This document shows, one piece after another, positions 8,085 to 17,145 of a stretch of 64,000 nt of DNA. Every line of letters begins with the position of its first letter. Positions within the stretch are counted from its first letter, which is position 1. The notes under the pieces are model-generated. The model did no database searches and was not told the origin of the DNA. It saw nothing but the letters and a program-made list of their open reading frames with translations. The stretch covers positions 1,240-65,239 of the forward strand of contig CAMCYE010000008.1 in assembly GCA_945883805.1 (NCBI GenBank), written 5' to 3'. Source of the stretch: Victivallis vadensis (GTDB taxonomy: Bacteria > Verrucomicrobiota > Lentisphaeria > Victivallales > GWF2-50-93). The position numbers and the translations under genes are program-made.

Positions 8085-9329
8085 ATGCCTACTGTAAAAA
8101 GCAATCAGATCCTCGCCGGCCAGATCGACAACTTCAAGACCCTCGTTGCCAAGGGTGAAATCTTCAAGGGTAAATCCTGTAAGGAACTCTTCTACCGGGG
8201 GTGCAATCTCGGAGACTTCAAGGACATCTCAAGATCCCTAGAAGGTAACGAACATCCGGAAGCTGTCAATCTTCTGGACGCAATCACAAGACATCTGCAA
8301 CCTGATGAGGACGAGCCGCAACCAAGGGAGGAATCTCCTGCCATTCCAAGCTGCCAGGTGCAGATAATCATGACACCTGTCAGTGAACTTGCCCCTCATC
8401 CGCTAGTGAAGGATTTCTATCCTATTGATCCGGAAATGCTGGCATCAATGAGTGAACTGATGAAGGAACGGGGCTATGACCCGCGCTTTCCTATCCAGGT
8501 GTGCATGAAGGACGGGAAATCTTTTGTATGGGACGGCATTACAAGGTTAAAAGCCGCCACAGATGCAGATATAAAGACCGTCCCGGTCATTGTCTCGGAG
8601 TTTTTATCGGACGATGATTTGATGGAGGCGGTAGTGGAAGTACAGCTCCGGAGGAGGAACGCCACGCCAAGGGTAATCATAGCATCAGTTGAGAGGCTTA
8701 TCGACATTGCCGGCAGAAAGGCAAAGGAAAACCAGGGCAGAAGAAACGACCTTCTGGGAACTTCTGGTCCAATTGAGCCAGAAGTTGAATACGGTGGAGC
8801 CAACGAATACATCGCAAAAGTGATTGGCAGGTCGGTGTCTACCGTGAAGCGTATCAAGGAGGTCATCGAGAACCCAACGCTAAAGCAAAAGGTGATGGAG
8901 GGGAAGATTTCACCGAACCAGGCCTATGAATCCCTGCATCCGAAGAAGTCTGACACAGGAAAATGTTCATCAATAATGGCTGAGATTCAGAAGTTTTCCG
9001 GCGGTGAAAATGAAGATGAATCTTCACTGGAATTGAAGACGGCGGAGGATTCAAACGCTGACGTCCAACCTCCTGAAGAAAACACACCGTTTGGAAAGGA
9101 TCATCGTCAGCCCGAGGCATCAGCTGTCAGCTCCGTTGTTGCAGAGAGGCTCGTCAAAGAATCTGATGAGGATACCGATACTATCCGTGTACCGATCAAG
9201 TTCCTCCAGGTCGTCGTCAAATACATATATATCAGCCATGTGCCGGAGCTGATTGATCTTGTAGGCGGCCCCGATTCAGTCGGTGGTAGAATCATCAACG
9301 AGGCTCTGGAAAAGCGGAAAGCTGCATAG
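8085..9329 (+). CDS. ParB-like N-terminal (nuclease/CTPase-fold) domain protein with central HTH-like segment and acidic C-terminal half
   Basis: LAPHPLVKDFYPIDPEMLASMSELMKERGYDPRFPIQVCMKDGKSFVWDGITRLKAA resembles the ParB/Srx fold (the usual GxxR box reads DGITR here). Strong RBS AAGGAGG. Confidence 0.75.
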   Translation: MPTVKSNQILAGQIDNFKTLVAKGEIFKGKSCKELFYRGCNLGDFKDISRSLEGNEHPEAVNLLDAITRHLQPDEDEPQPREESPAIPSCQVQIIMTPVSELAPHPLVKDFYPIDPEMLASMSELMKERGYDPRFPIQVCMKDGKSFVWDGITRLKAATDADIKTVPVIVSEFLSDDDLMEAVVEVQLRRRNATPRVIIASVERLIDIAGRKAKENQGRRNDLLGTSGPIEPEVEYGGANEYIAKVIGRSVSTVKRIKEVIENPTLKQKVMEGKISPNQAYESLHPKKSDTGKCSSIMAEIQKFSGGENEDESSLELKTAEDSNADVQPPEENTPFGKDHRQPEASAVSSVVAERLVKESDEDTDTIRVPIKFLQVVVKYIYISHVPELIDLVGGPDSVGGRIINEALEKRKAA

Positions 9330-9597
9330 GGAGGGGATGCTGATATGAACCGAAACGAAAGGAGAATCATCATGGATTCCTGAGAAAAATGACCGGTTAC
9401 CCTGCGGGCATCAGCCGGAGCATATGTGGTTTGCTTCCAGCCTGAGCCGCAGGGTGCTGCCCGGTCTCACGAACTTGGTCAACAATAATTATGGGGGTGG
9501 GAACTATGGAAGAACCAGATGACAGAGAGCGGTTCAGCATACCGGTTGGCTGAACCGCTCATAAAAACAATACCGGAATAAATAAAAGGAATAAACC

Positions 9598-9816
9598 ATG
9601 TGTTTATCCAGAGATGAAAAAGGCCTTGTCCCTGACAATTCATTCGAGGCGGAGGTTGTTGATGCCGAGGTTGAACCCTATGTGGATACGCTCAGGGGTG
9701 TGACCGATAATTCCTTCGAGGAGGAAGTTATCGATGCAGAGGTCAAGGAATTAAGTGCCGGTGCCCTGCGTGCTTTTTACGAGGCCGAGAGTAAAGCCCT
9801 TGCCATGGCAGGGTAG
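9598..9816 (+). CDS. small acidic protein with internal tandem repeat
   Basis: 72 aa: 18 acidic against 6 basic residues. DNSFEAEVVDAEVEP and DNSFEEEVIDAEVKE are repeated. Confidence 0.4.
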   Translation: MCLSRDEKGLVPDNSFEAEVVDAEVEPYVDTLRGVTDNSFEEEVIDAEVKELSAGALRAFYEAESKALAMAG

Positions 9817-9951
9817 TGAACCAGGACTAACAACAGAAAGTGAGGTGAGCCATATGGATCCTTGAAATTTAATTGAGCGGGGCAACCAAGGGAGCCGGAT
9901 TACACAAGTCTGGCTCCCTCTTTCAAGAAAAATAATATTCAACACATAGGA

Positions 9952-10710
9952 ATGGGGAAACATGAAATGAAAACTATCAAAAGATCGATTGGGAAAAAGG
10001 ATAAGAGTTCAAAGGAAAAGAGGAAGAAGGAAAATGGCTGTCACATAAGGAAGCTGAAAAAAATGCCGCAGGTGGACTACGACGGTCTTTGCAAATGGAT
10101 GTCTGACCTCGTAGACGGGAAGAATCCCGCATGTCCGCCAACCGCTGGGGAGATGGCGGAAGACATGGAAGGTTATTCCTGTGTTCAAGCTGATCCGGAT
10201 GAAGATAAGTTGCCCATAGAGGGCGAAGTTGTGAACCTGTATGATATGCCTGCGCCTTTGGAGGTGATGGAGGACCAGCAATGGTCCGACCTGACAGATG
10301 CTGGCTACAAGCTGGCTGCTACAGGGAAACACATGGCCGGAGAAACTGAATTGACCGGACCTCTGTCGATATATTTTTCCTCAGGAGCGGCGGCTATGAA
10401 GGAAAAGCTGAAGGGCTCCGATGCGGATTTCAATGAAGCTGTCAAAGATATTCTATCCGGAATGGTGGTTGATAATCTGGTCCACTCCCAGTCTGCAAAC
10501 ATGGTGATGATGTCTTTGGAAACTCCGTTCTCCCCCGAATACATGAAGATGCTGAAGACCAGGCATCAGCTGGAGAACCAGGTACTGAAAATAATCGAGA
10601 CGAAACAGCGGCTCACGGCAATTCCTATCCGCATTAGAAACGCCGCCCAGGTCAATGTCGGGCAGGTGCAGCAGGTGGTAAACCACGGCGACGACAGGGA
10701 GGGAGGATGA
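9952..10710 (+). CDS. hypothetical protein (basic N-terminus, acidic centre)
   Basis: 252-aa ORF co-oriented with its neighbours; no recognisable motif. Confidence 0.5.
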   Translation: MGKHEMKTIKRSIGKKDKSSKEKRKKENGCHIRKLKKMPQVDYDGLCKWMSDLVDGKNPACPPTAGEMAEDMEGYSCVQADPDEDKLPIEGEVVNLYDMPAPLEVMEDQQWSDLTDAGYKLAATGKHMAGETELTGPLSIYFSSGAAAMKEKLKGSDADFNEAVKDILSGMVVDNLVHSQSANMVMMSLETPFSPEYMKMLKTRHQLENQVLKIIETKQRLTAIPIRIRNAAQVNVGQVQQVVNHGDDREGG

Positions 10711-10716
10711 TTCTTG

Positions 10717-11226
10717 ATGGCCAGTGCATATATTGAACGGATAGAGAGGAAATACCGAGGACGCAGGCATCCCTATTATTTTCTCACAGTGAGGAAGGGA
10801 AAGATTAGGAAAAGGAAATATATACCTTTCCGGGAAGTTCTCTCAGTGATGGAGGTTCTTGAGATGAACAGGAAAAAGAAACACAAACTTAAACAGGAGA
10901 AGTCTTTCAAGGAACCTATGGAGAAAAACTTTTTCCCGAAGCCTCTGAGGTTCCTGCTGAAATCGGCAGGGTACTCCGTCCGAGGATCGGAGCTGAAGAG
11001 GGGAAGGAATTTCATGTCAAAGTCGGCTGCGAATGTAAGGTTTGAAATGCTGGACAGGGAATCCCAGAAGTTTGTCAGGTCGCCTGCAAACCTCCTCAGG
11101 ATGAACAGCGAGGCCTGCTCGCTTCTGAAGTACAGGAACAGGTGGGGGATAAAAACAAGCTACAATGACTGCATGGCTGAAGTATGCTCTGTAGACCGGA
11201 TTACTGTCATGCCTGCCGTTTCCTGA
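10717..11226 (+). CDS. hypothetical basic protein
   Basis: ATG at 10717 lies 9 nt after GGGAGGA (the ORF track starts at TTG 10714); no recognisable motif. Confidence 0.45.
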   Translation: MASAYIERIERKYRGRRHPYYFLTVRKGKIRKRKYIPFREVLSVMEVLEMNRKKKHKLKQEKSFKEPMEKNFFPKPLRFLLKSAGYSVRGSELKRGRNFMSKSAANVRFEMLDRESQKFVRSPANLLRMNSEACSLLKYRNRWGIKTSYNDCMAEVCSVDRITVMPAVS

Positions 11227-11590
11227 TTTCAAAGACTTGTTCTTTCCCTGAACTGCATAGAAACTGGAATTTTCTCCGATTGATTTTCCTGGAGTGCCTT
11301 TCCAGCAGTTCTGCAATCAGCTTCTCTGTAAGCCTCGGCTCCAGCTTCAATTCAACAGTCTTCAATATCAGTTCCAGCTCCAAGCCTTTGCCACAGCCGA
11401 TTCGCTTGAGCATAGTATCAAACCCTTCACTGACAATCTGCTTAATTTCCCCGGATATGCGGATCGGGACTTTGATGTTCCGCCTATATTTCCTTGCTAT
11501 GCTGCGCTGTGGAAGATCACGGTTAAGGATATGCCGGGCAATGTCCCTGTCCTCCGTCCTGATAACTGAGATGTTCTTATGTGTTTTCAT
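11207..11590 (-). CDS. hypothetical protein
   Basis: 127-aa ORF with no obvious RBS. The operator-like palindrome lies 30 nt upstream. Confidence 0.4.
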   Translation of the reverse strand: MKTHKNISVIRTEDRDIARHILNRDLPQRSIARKYRRNIKVPIRISGEIKQIVSEGFDTMLKRIGCGKGLELELILKTVELKLEPRLTEKLIAELLERHSRKINRRKFQFLCSSGKEQVFEIRKRQA

Positions 11591-11620
11591 AATATTGAGT
11601 ATAATATAGGATACATATTA

Positions 11621-11639
11621 TAAAAGTCTACCATGGTAG
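11621..11639. promoter_or_regulatory. operator-like palindrome AAAAGTCTACCATGGTAGA, copy 2
   Basis: Same 19-mer as 5462-5480. On the minus strand it sits just upstream of TATAAT-like hexamers and the ORF starting at 11590. Confidence 0.4.
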
Positions 11640-11709
11640 AGAATCTGATGTATCCCTTCAAAGAAAAGGGGTGATGTGTGCTTCAGGCGGACGGGATTTG
11701 AAAATGTGA

Positions 11710-12063
11710 TCAGTTCCCCTTCAAGTCCGGCGACTTGTCCGAGGATATCTGGTATCGTTCGAGGATGCGGGGACGGGATTCCAGTTCCCTTTTCCGGTCT
11801 ATGATCACCTGGGAATTATTTTTATCAGCCAATACGACGAATTCGGAATCGGAAAGGCTGACAGCCTTATAAAAGTCCTTGAAATCCCTGATCTTCTTTC
11901 CGTTCACCTCAGTTACCAGCCAGAACGTCAACCCATGATACCCCTTGTTGATTTCATCTGGGAGAGTTTGAATCGCAACCACAGGTTCACGGTAGTCTTC
12001 GGACGGATAGTTACTCAATTCGGCTAACAGGTTTACTGGAGGAGCGTCTTTCTCCCCCCACAT
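11710..12063 (-). pseudogene. PDZ-like C-terminal fragment (probable remnant of a protease/PDZ protein)
   Basis: ...GLTFWLVTEVNGKKIRDFKDFYKAVSLSDSEFVVLADKNNSQVIIDR resembles a PDZ domain. No catalytic domain lies upstream. It overlaps the opposite-strand ORF at 12062. Confidence 0.35.
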
Positions 12064-12862
12064 GCTGGGGAGAATTCCGGTTTTAGGGACAATCGGCACC
12101 ATGGGCTGGGCCGAAATATTGAACCGTGTGTATGGCGGCGATATGATTGCCAGCGGCGATGTTTTAAAGCTGGACATGCACCCCGTCCACGAGCCCGACA
12201 TCCTGTATATATCCGGTGGCCGCGACGGGTTTGGCGAATGCGAAACCAGGAAGGTGTTCCACAGCTGGTATCATTGTGCTCCGGGGTACGATGGTGGCGT
12301 CAGGACGAACTGGTGCGATTTCCATGGCCATAACGGCCGGAAATTCTATCTGCTATATCCTCAAGGCGGACACGGTGAGAACATGCCGTGGGGCGATATA
12401 AACACGATTGTAATGAGGTTTTTCGCGAGAGTCGTAGAAAGGCGCATGAATCATGACAGGTTCATAGCAGAGGCGACCAGTAGAAATTTCATAGGCATTT
12501 CAAACCTGATGAACAACAGGACGCTTGATGAAATCAAATTCGGCAGCCCTAAAGAACACGCACTTCTATGGCCACTGGCATTGCAGAACGGCTGGTTCGC
12601 CATTCAAATTGGCGATACCGGTAAAAGGCTTGGCGTCAAACCAGGGGAGATGCACAACGGCAGCCGGATAGTCGAGCAGGAAGCCAGTGAAGGCTCCGAC
12701 TGTCAACACTGGCGTCCGATACTGTGTGAGGACCGCAGTTTCTCCATTCAGAACAGGGCCGCAAGGCGCTGTCTTGATATGGATTTGGACTCCGGACAAT
12801 ATCTGCAATTATGGGACAACTGGTTCGGATCCAACCAGCGATGGAAACTTATTGGACAATAG
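12062..12862 (+). CDS. ricin-B-lectin (QxW) domain protein, N-terminal part possibly truncated
   Basis: The C-terminal ~100 aa carry QHWRP and QRWKL (QxW) motifs. The N-terminus and start are uncertain because it overlaps the minus-strand ORF. Confidence 0.45.
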   Translation: MLGRIPVLGTIGTMGWAEILNRVYGGDMIASGDVLKLDMHPVHEPDILYISGGRDGFGECETRKVFHSWYHCAPGYDGGVRTNWCDFHGHNGRKFYLLYPQGGHGENMPWGDINTIVMRFFARVVERRMNHDRFIAEATSRNFIGISNLMNNRTLDEIKFGSPKEHALLWPLALQNGWFAIQIGDTGKRLGVKPGEMHNGSRIVEQEASEGSDCQHWRPILCEDRSFSIQNRAARRCLDMDLDSGQYLQLWDNWFGSNQRWKLIGQ

Positions 12863-13082
12863 AAAACTTGAAATGTACTCAGTAAAATAAGGATTAAGCG
12901 AAGTACTTAGGCGGGTATTGACTCCGGCTAAAGTACTTGGCTGACCTGGGTAGGTACTTAATCGGCATTGTTTGTGTCAGTCATTATTGTCATGACGGCG
13001 TTTAGCATTATGTTTTATTTCATAATAAAGAAGGGCGGCAGGCGGTCTTGCAGGAGCAAAACCGCTGTATGAAAGGCAGGAG

Positions 13083-14228
13083 ATGAACACCCGGCAGAAG
13101 TCAATTAAAGCCGATAAGGCCGAACAGGATTATGTACTCCGCGATGCCGTCAAGGCCACTCCGGAGGAATTCCCTGAGCTTTGCCGGATTTTCTCGGACA
13201 TGATGAAGAGGAAACCCTGCGGCAGAAAGCTGACGCTCATGGTCGGGAAAGCTCATTCCGCTGGTGTGGCGGTAATTCAGACACGTCGCACAGGCGTGAT
13301 TCTAATTGACCGCAAGGAAATCCCAATGATGACCGAAGACGAGATGCGCTGCCTGCTTGGTCACGAACTCGGCCATTTTTTTGGAGCTATTAAAATCGAG
13401 AATAAGCCGCAGCCTTGCAACTCTCTTTTTAATGAGAGGTTCCCCCGGCCTCTAATGTATCTGTTTTCTTACCTGTCAGGGCAAATTCTTGCCGACATTT
13501 ATGGCGTCGAGCAATGCCGCTCTACGTTCATCGCGGGTTCGCATTTATCAGAAGGCGACAGCGAAATGGAGGCGCTTTACAGCAATCCCATGGAACCGCT
13601 GCCGGAGAAGTTTTACACTTATTTTGAAGTGGCCTTGAGGATAAAAGCTCTTGGGCTCTTGAATAAGTCGGAATACTTTTACGAACTCATAGGTTCAGAA
13701 CTCCTGGGATTTGGCAGGTGGCAGTTGACTACCGAGGAATACTTCGATAAAATCGGGCATATCTTTGATCCCTACATGAACTTCACCGAGGATGATGGTA
13801 AGGCACTGGGCGTATTTTTAAGTGGGGCGCTGTTCATAGCCGGTTGTAAGGTAAGCGATTTAAGCTGGCGCTCCGAGCTTGACTTGCTGGGAGCATTTGG
13901 TGACCCAGGGGAACTTCTGGTTTACGCTTCCACGGAGGCGGCCTATGAACGTATAGTTGCCGTTGCCGCCAGTATTCACGGCATGAGTCATCCGCTGAAG
14001 AACATTGTCTGGAACACTGTCTGGGACCTGACCTACAAGGACTGGGAGGACAGCGATGAAGCCGAAAGGTTTGACGATTTCATATCAAAGTGCGAGCGGG
14101 GCCAAGCCGTAATGCCTGCTGGGAAACATGAGACTTGTGATGAATACATCCACTGTGACGGCCCTTACTATGCAGATGGTTTCGTATATTATGACGAGAT
14201 ACCCGAAACAGGGACTTCTGTGGCTTAA
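13083..14228 (+). CDS. M48-like HExxH zinc metallopeptidase-domain protein
   Basis: ...SAGVAVIQTRRTGVILIDRKEIPMMTEDEMRCLLGHELGHF follows the M48 pattern (NAFA-like segment, then ...dE..aVlaHElgH). RBS AGGCAGGAG. Confidence 0.55.
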   Translation: MNTRQKSIKADKAEQDYVLRDAVKATPEEFPELCRIFSDMMKRKPCGRKLTLMVGKAHSAGVAVIQTRRTGVILIDRKEIPMMTEDEMRCLLGHELGHFFGAIKIENKPQPCNSLFNERFPRPLMYLFSYLSGQILADIYGVEQCRSTFIAGSHLSEGDSEMEALYSNPMEPLPEKFYTYFEVALRIKALGLLNKSEYFYELIGSELLGFGRWQLTTEEYFDKIGHIFDPYMNFTEDDGKALGVFLSGALFIAGCKVSDLSWRSELDLLGAFGDPGELLVYASTEAAYERIVAVAASIHGMSHPLKNIVWNTVWDLTYKDWEDSDEAERFDDFISKCERGQAVMPAGKHETCDEYIHCDGPYYADGFVYYDEIPETGTSVA

Positions 14229-14391
14229 TTTTTACATGTCACAGCTTTTCTGGTATTGATGTCAGGGCAGGGATTATTAATACTATTCGTTTGTTATATC
14301 ACAATTATACTGATATTTAATTATGGGTGTTTGACCATTGGGAGAAGAGATGGTATTATGAGAAATGGCAGGTGAAACGGGGATAGAAATC

Positions 14392-14410
14392 TGCTACCGG
14401 AATTGCTACC
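14392..14410 (+). repeat. TGCTACC x2 with 12-bp spacing (GGTAGCA on the minus strand); candidate arm-type sites next to the tRNA-Pro relic
   Basis: aatcTGCTACCggaatTGCTACCatg. AATTGCTAC recurs at 28821-28829. Confidence 0.35.
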
Positions 14411-14482
14411 ATGAATATAAGTCATCAGCAGTTTACGCTTGTTTATAAATGAGTCTGGACAGCAGTTGAAGGATGGGCTTAG

Positions 14483-14532
14483 TCAGACTGGGGGTCTGAA
14501 GGCCGCGAGTTCGAATCTCGCCGTCCCGACCA
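14483..14532 (+). tRNA. 3' half of tRNA-Pro(GGG) (anticodon arm to CCA); truncated, att relic
   Basis: TCAGA-CTGGGGG-TCTGA (anticodon GGG), AGGCC, GCGAG-TTCGAAT-CTCGC, CGTCCCG-A-CCA. The C1:G72/A73 type end is typical of tRNA-Pro. The 26 nt upstream cannot form the acceptor 5' strand or the D-arm. Confidence 0.6.
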
Positions 14533-14782
14533 TTTTTTTAGCCCCGCTTTCATCATAAGCCAATCCGCTTCAAGTTTACCTCCTTGATTTTTGAATTCTT
14601 TTGTTCAATGTATTCCAAATATCTTTTCACCGCAAGTGAAAGATTCCGCGCCTTATCCGGTTAGTATGACTGGGAAGATTTTGCACATTGCAGTATAAAA
14701 CATATAATTCGCCTGCGGTGCTTCCGTAGGCGGGTGAAATTTTTGACTCATTGAGCCAATTTCAAAACTGCGGTTTTGACAA

Positions 14783-14820
14783 GCCCTGGTCGCCTTTGGT
14801 GCCGCCGGAGGCGGGTAAAC
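14783..14820 (+). repeat. intergenic repeat module (double mini-hairpin followed by GTAAAC)
   Basis: gccctggtCGCCtttGGTGCCGCCggaGGCGGgtaaac. Same family as 19442, 23166, 34061 and 45586. Confidence 0.7.
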
Positions 14821-14925
14821 AAAACCCTCCATTTTAATCCGCCGCGGCGGATGGAGGGCGAGGCTTGTCCGAGCCGTTTCCTGAGTTTTGAAATTAGCTC
14901 CATTATTTTAAACAGGAGAATTGCC

Positions 14926-16434
14926 ATGAAATTAGATGTTGGAGTATTGCCAAGGAAATTTGTTATCGAGTTAGTATCTCTTATTGCCTTTGTCTGTCTC
15001 TTCAGCACTGGATTTTCCATTCAGGCCGCCAATAATGAAAATCCCGGAAAAGTAAAAGGCGCAGGAAAAGAACGTGCTTTTCCCGCTCCGAAACAGGTGT
15101 GGGATGTGGCGACTGTCATCCTTGGCTGTCCGACCTCGGACAAAATCAACCTGAACATTTGTCCGAATAAGGATCTGGAATGCTTCATCGAATATGGCAC
15201 GGACAGCTCTTCGTTTGGTGGCAAAACGGAAAATCAAAACTTAAAAGCTAAATCGCCTGCAATGCTAACATTGACTAATCTTAAGGCAAACATCGAATAC
15301 AGATACCGCCTTCGTTACAGGAGTCCCGGTGAAACTGAATTTCAAAAAAGTCCTGAGTACTCATTTCATACACAACGATCACCCGGAACTCAATTCACAT
15401 TCGAACTCCAGGGTGATTCCCATCCCGAACGCTCCCCAAAACAGAATGATCCTGCGCTTTACGAACAGACACTTTTGGCTGTCGCAAAGGATCATCCTGA
15501 TTTCTTCCTGTGCATCGGTGATGACTTCAGTGTCGATACGTTGCCGGCAGTCAATGCAAAGACGGTTGAAAGCGTATACCTGAAACAACTTCCATATTTG
15601 GGACTCTTCGCACATTCGACACCGCTGTTTCTTGTCAACGGCAACCACGAACAGGCTGCCCTTTGCAATCTTAACGGCACTGCGGACAATGTCGCCGTAT
15701 GGGCGCAGAATAACAGGAATAAGTATTTCCCACAGCCGTACCCAGATTCGTTTTACTCAGGTGATGCCGAGAAAATCGAGCACATCGGGCTGTTGCGCGA
15801 TTATTATGCCTGGACATGGGGCGATGCGCTCTTCGTCGTGCTCGATCCGTACTGGCATTCGAAGTCGCCTGTCGACAATGTATTTAACGGCGAGAAGAAA
15901 CGGCGTGACCTATGGGATATTACGATTGGAGATGCACAATACAAATGGCTGAAGGAGACGCTTGAGGGTAGCCGGGCCAAGTTCAAATTCATCTTCGCCC
16001 ACCACGTCAACGGCACCAGCCGCGGCGGAATAGAGAAGGCGGACTATTTCGAATGGGGAGGCAAAAATGAGAACGGAACCCCCGGCTTCAAAGAGAAAAG
16101 GCCGGCATGGGAACTGCCTATTCACCAGCTGATGGTGAAATATGGTGTCACAATATTTTTCCAGGGACATGACCACATCTTCGCCAGACAGGTTAAGGAC
16201 GGAGTGACATATCAGACTTTGCCTGATCCGGCAAACCCCAATTATGTCTTTAATAACAAAGACGCGTACCAGAGCGGAGATATCTTTCCCGGCTCGGGAA
16301 GAGTCCGTGTCTCAGTAAGTCCGGAAAAAGTATGTGTGGAATATATCCGCTCATATCTGCCCAAGGATGCGACCAAGGAACATCCCGACGGTGAAATCGC
16401 CTTCAAATACGAAATACCGGCTGCGAAAAAATAA
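14926..16434 (+). CDS. secreted calcineurin-like metallophosphoesterase
   Basis: GDSHPE, IGDDFS, VNGNHEQ, FAHHV and QGHDHIF motifs. Start at ATG 14926 after AGGAG, with a signal-like N-terminus. The upstream 50 codons of the tracked ORF are repeat-element sequence. Confidence 0.85.
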   Translation: MKLDVGVLPRKFVIELVSLIAFVCLFSTGFSIQAANNENPGKVKGAGKERAFPAPKQVWDVATVILGCPTSDKINLNICPNKDLECFIEYGTDSSSFGGKTENQNLKAKSPAMLTLTNLKANIEYRYRLRYRSPGETEFQKSPEYSFHTQRSPGTQFTFELQGDSHPERSPKQNDPALYEQTLLAVAKDHPDFFLCIGDDFSVDTLPAVNAKTVESVYLKQLPYLGLFAHSTPLFLVNGNHEQAALCNLNGTADNVAVWAQNNRNKYFPQPYPDSFYSGDAEKIEHIGLLRDYYAWTWGDALFVVLDPYWHSKSPVDNVFNGEKKRRDLWDITIGDAQYKWLKETLEGSRAKFKFIFAHHVNGTSRGGIEKADYFEWGGKNENGTPGFKEKRPAWELPIHQLMVKYGVTIFFQGHDHIFARQVKDGVTYQTLPDPANPNYVFNNKDAYQSGDIFPGSGRVRVSVSPEKVCVEYIRSYLPKDATKEHPDGEIAFKYEIPAAKK

Positions 16435-16446
16435 TTTCATAAAACT

Positions 16447-16473
16447 TGTAACCTTTCATCGGTGAAAGCGTCT
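16447..16473 (+). promoter_or_regulatory. ECF-type promoter P1 (TGTAACC-N15-CGTCT) upstream of the ECF sigma gene
   Basis: TGTAACC 16447-16453, CGTCT 16469-16473; 16 nt between AAC and CGT. Confidence 0.65.
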
Positions 16474-16497
16474 ATATTATGGAAAGGCACCTTGGAA

Positions 16498-17145
16498 ATG
16501 GCGGAAATGCCAGAATCAATAAATGCGCAAGAGGCAGACAGCATAATTGTAGGATCATTGAACTTAGATGAAGTCGATGTCATTAGCAGGATACTCGACG
16601 GATCTGTCAATGATTTTGAAGTGCTTGTTAAAAGATACAAGGGAAAAGTCGGGAGGATCGTAGCCTCCAGGGTGAGGCCGGAGGATGTCGAAGACATAGC
16701 GCACCAAACGTTTGTCAGGGCGTTCAAATCACTGGGATCATTCAGCGGAAAGGCGCCTTTCGAGAATTGGCTGTCAAAACTTGCTGTTCACTGCTGTTAC
16801 GATTATTGGAGAAGGCGGCAGCGTGAAGACGCAAGGCTTGTCCGGCCGGGAAAAGAGGCTGATTATCAGGCTTGGCTTGACAGGGTTTCAGCCGCCGCCA
16901 ACGAGAGTGATTTGGATGAGGTGGCTAAACTGGAAGAAACTCAGTTGGCTCTCGAACAGGCGATGGAATGTCTTGATGCCGATGAAAGATGGCTCCTCGA
17001 GTCGCACTACTACAAGGCGATGCCTCTTAAAGAGGCGGCCGCGACATTGGGATGGAGCCTGGTGAAGACGAAGGTCAAGGCGATGCGTGCAAGAATGAAA
17101 CTCAGGAAGGCGATTGATAAATTAACCAGCGGGTGGTCGAAATGA
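16498..17145 (+). CDS. ECF (group 4) RNA polymerase sigma factor
   Basis: Region 2 (DVEDIAHQTFVRAFKSL...FENWLSKLAVHCCYDYWRRR) and region 4 HTH (MPLKEAAATLGWSLVKTKVKAMRARMKL). ATG 16498 is chosen because GTG 16462 would lie inside the promoter. Confidence 0.85.
   Translation: MAEMPESINAQEADSIIVGSLNLDEVDVISRILDGSVNDFEVLVKRYKGKVGRIVASRVRPEDVEDIAHQTFVRAFKSLGSFSGKAPFENWLSKLAVHCCYDYWRRRQREDARLVRPGKEADYQAWLDRVSAAANESDLDEVAKLEETQLALEQAMECLDADERWLLESHYYKAMPLKEAAATLGWSLVKTKVKAMRARMKLRKAIDKLTSGWSK

Noticed and set aside
4655-8786. The 30-nt exact repeat (4655-4684 and 8757-8786) as a template/variable repeat pair of a diversity-generating retroelement.
   Set aside because: The window has no reverse transcriptase. 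The copies are identical with no adenine-specific differences, and the repeat is far shorter than DGR repeats.
14337-14532. A complete tRNA, a tRNA with an intron, or a small or permuted tmRNA ending at 14532.
   Set aside because: No sequence within 200 nt upstream pairs with CGTCCCG as an acceptor 5' strand. The best candidates reach only 4-5 of 7 pairs, and no D-arm can be formed.
14776-14925. N-terminal 50 codons of the tracked ORF 14776-16434.
   Set aside because: This part is the GTAAAC-hairpin repeat element. A good RBS, an ATG and a signal-like N-terminus are found at 14926.
16462-16497. GTG 16462 as the sigma-factor start.
   Set aside because: It falls between the -35 and -10 elements of the predicted autoregulated promoter. 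ATG 16498 is downstream of the predicted transcription start.
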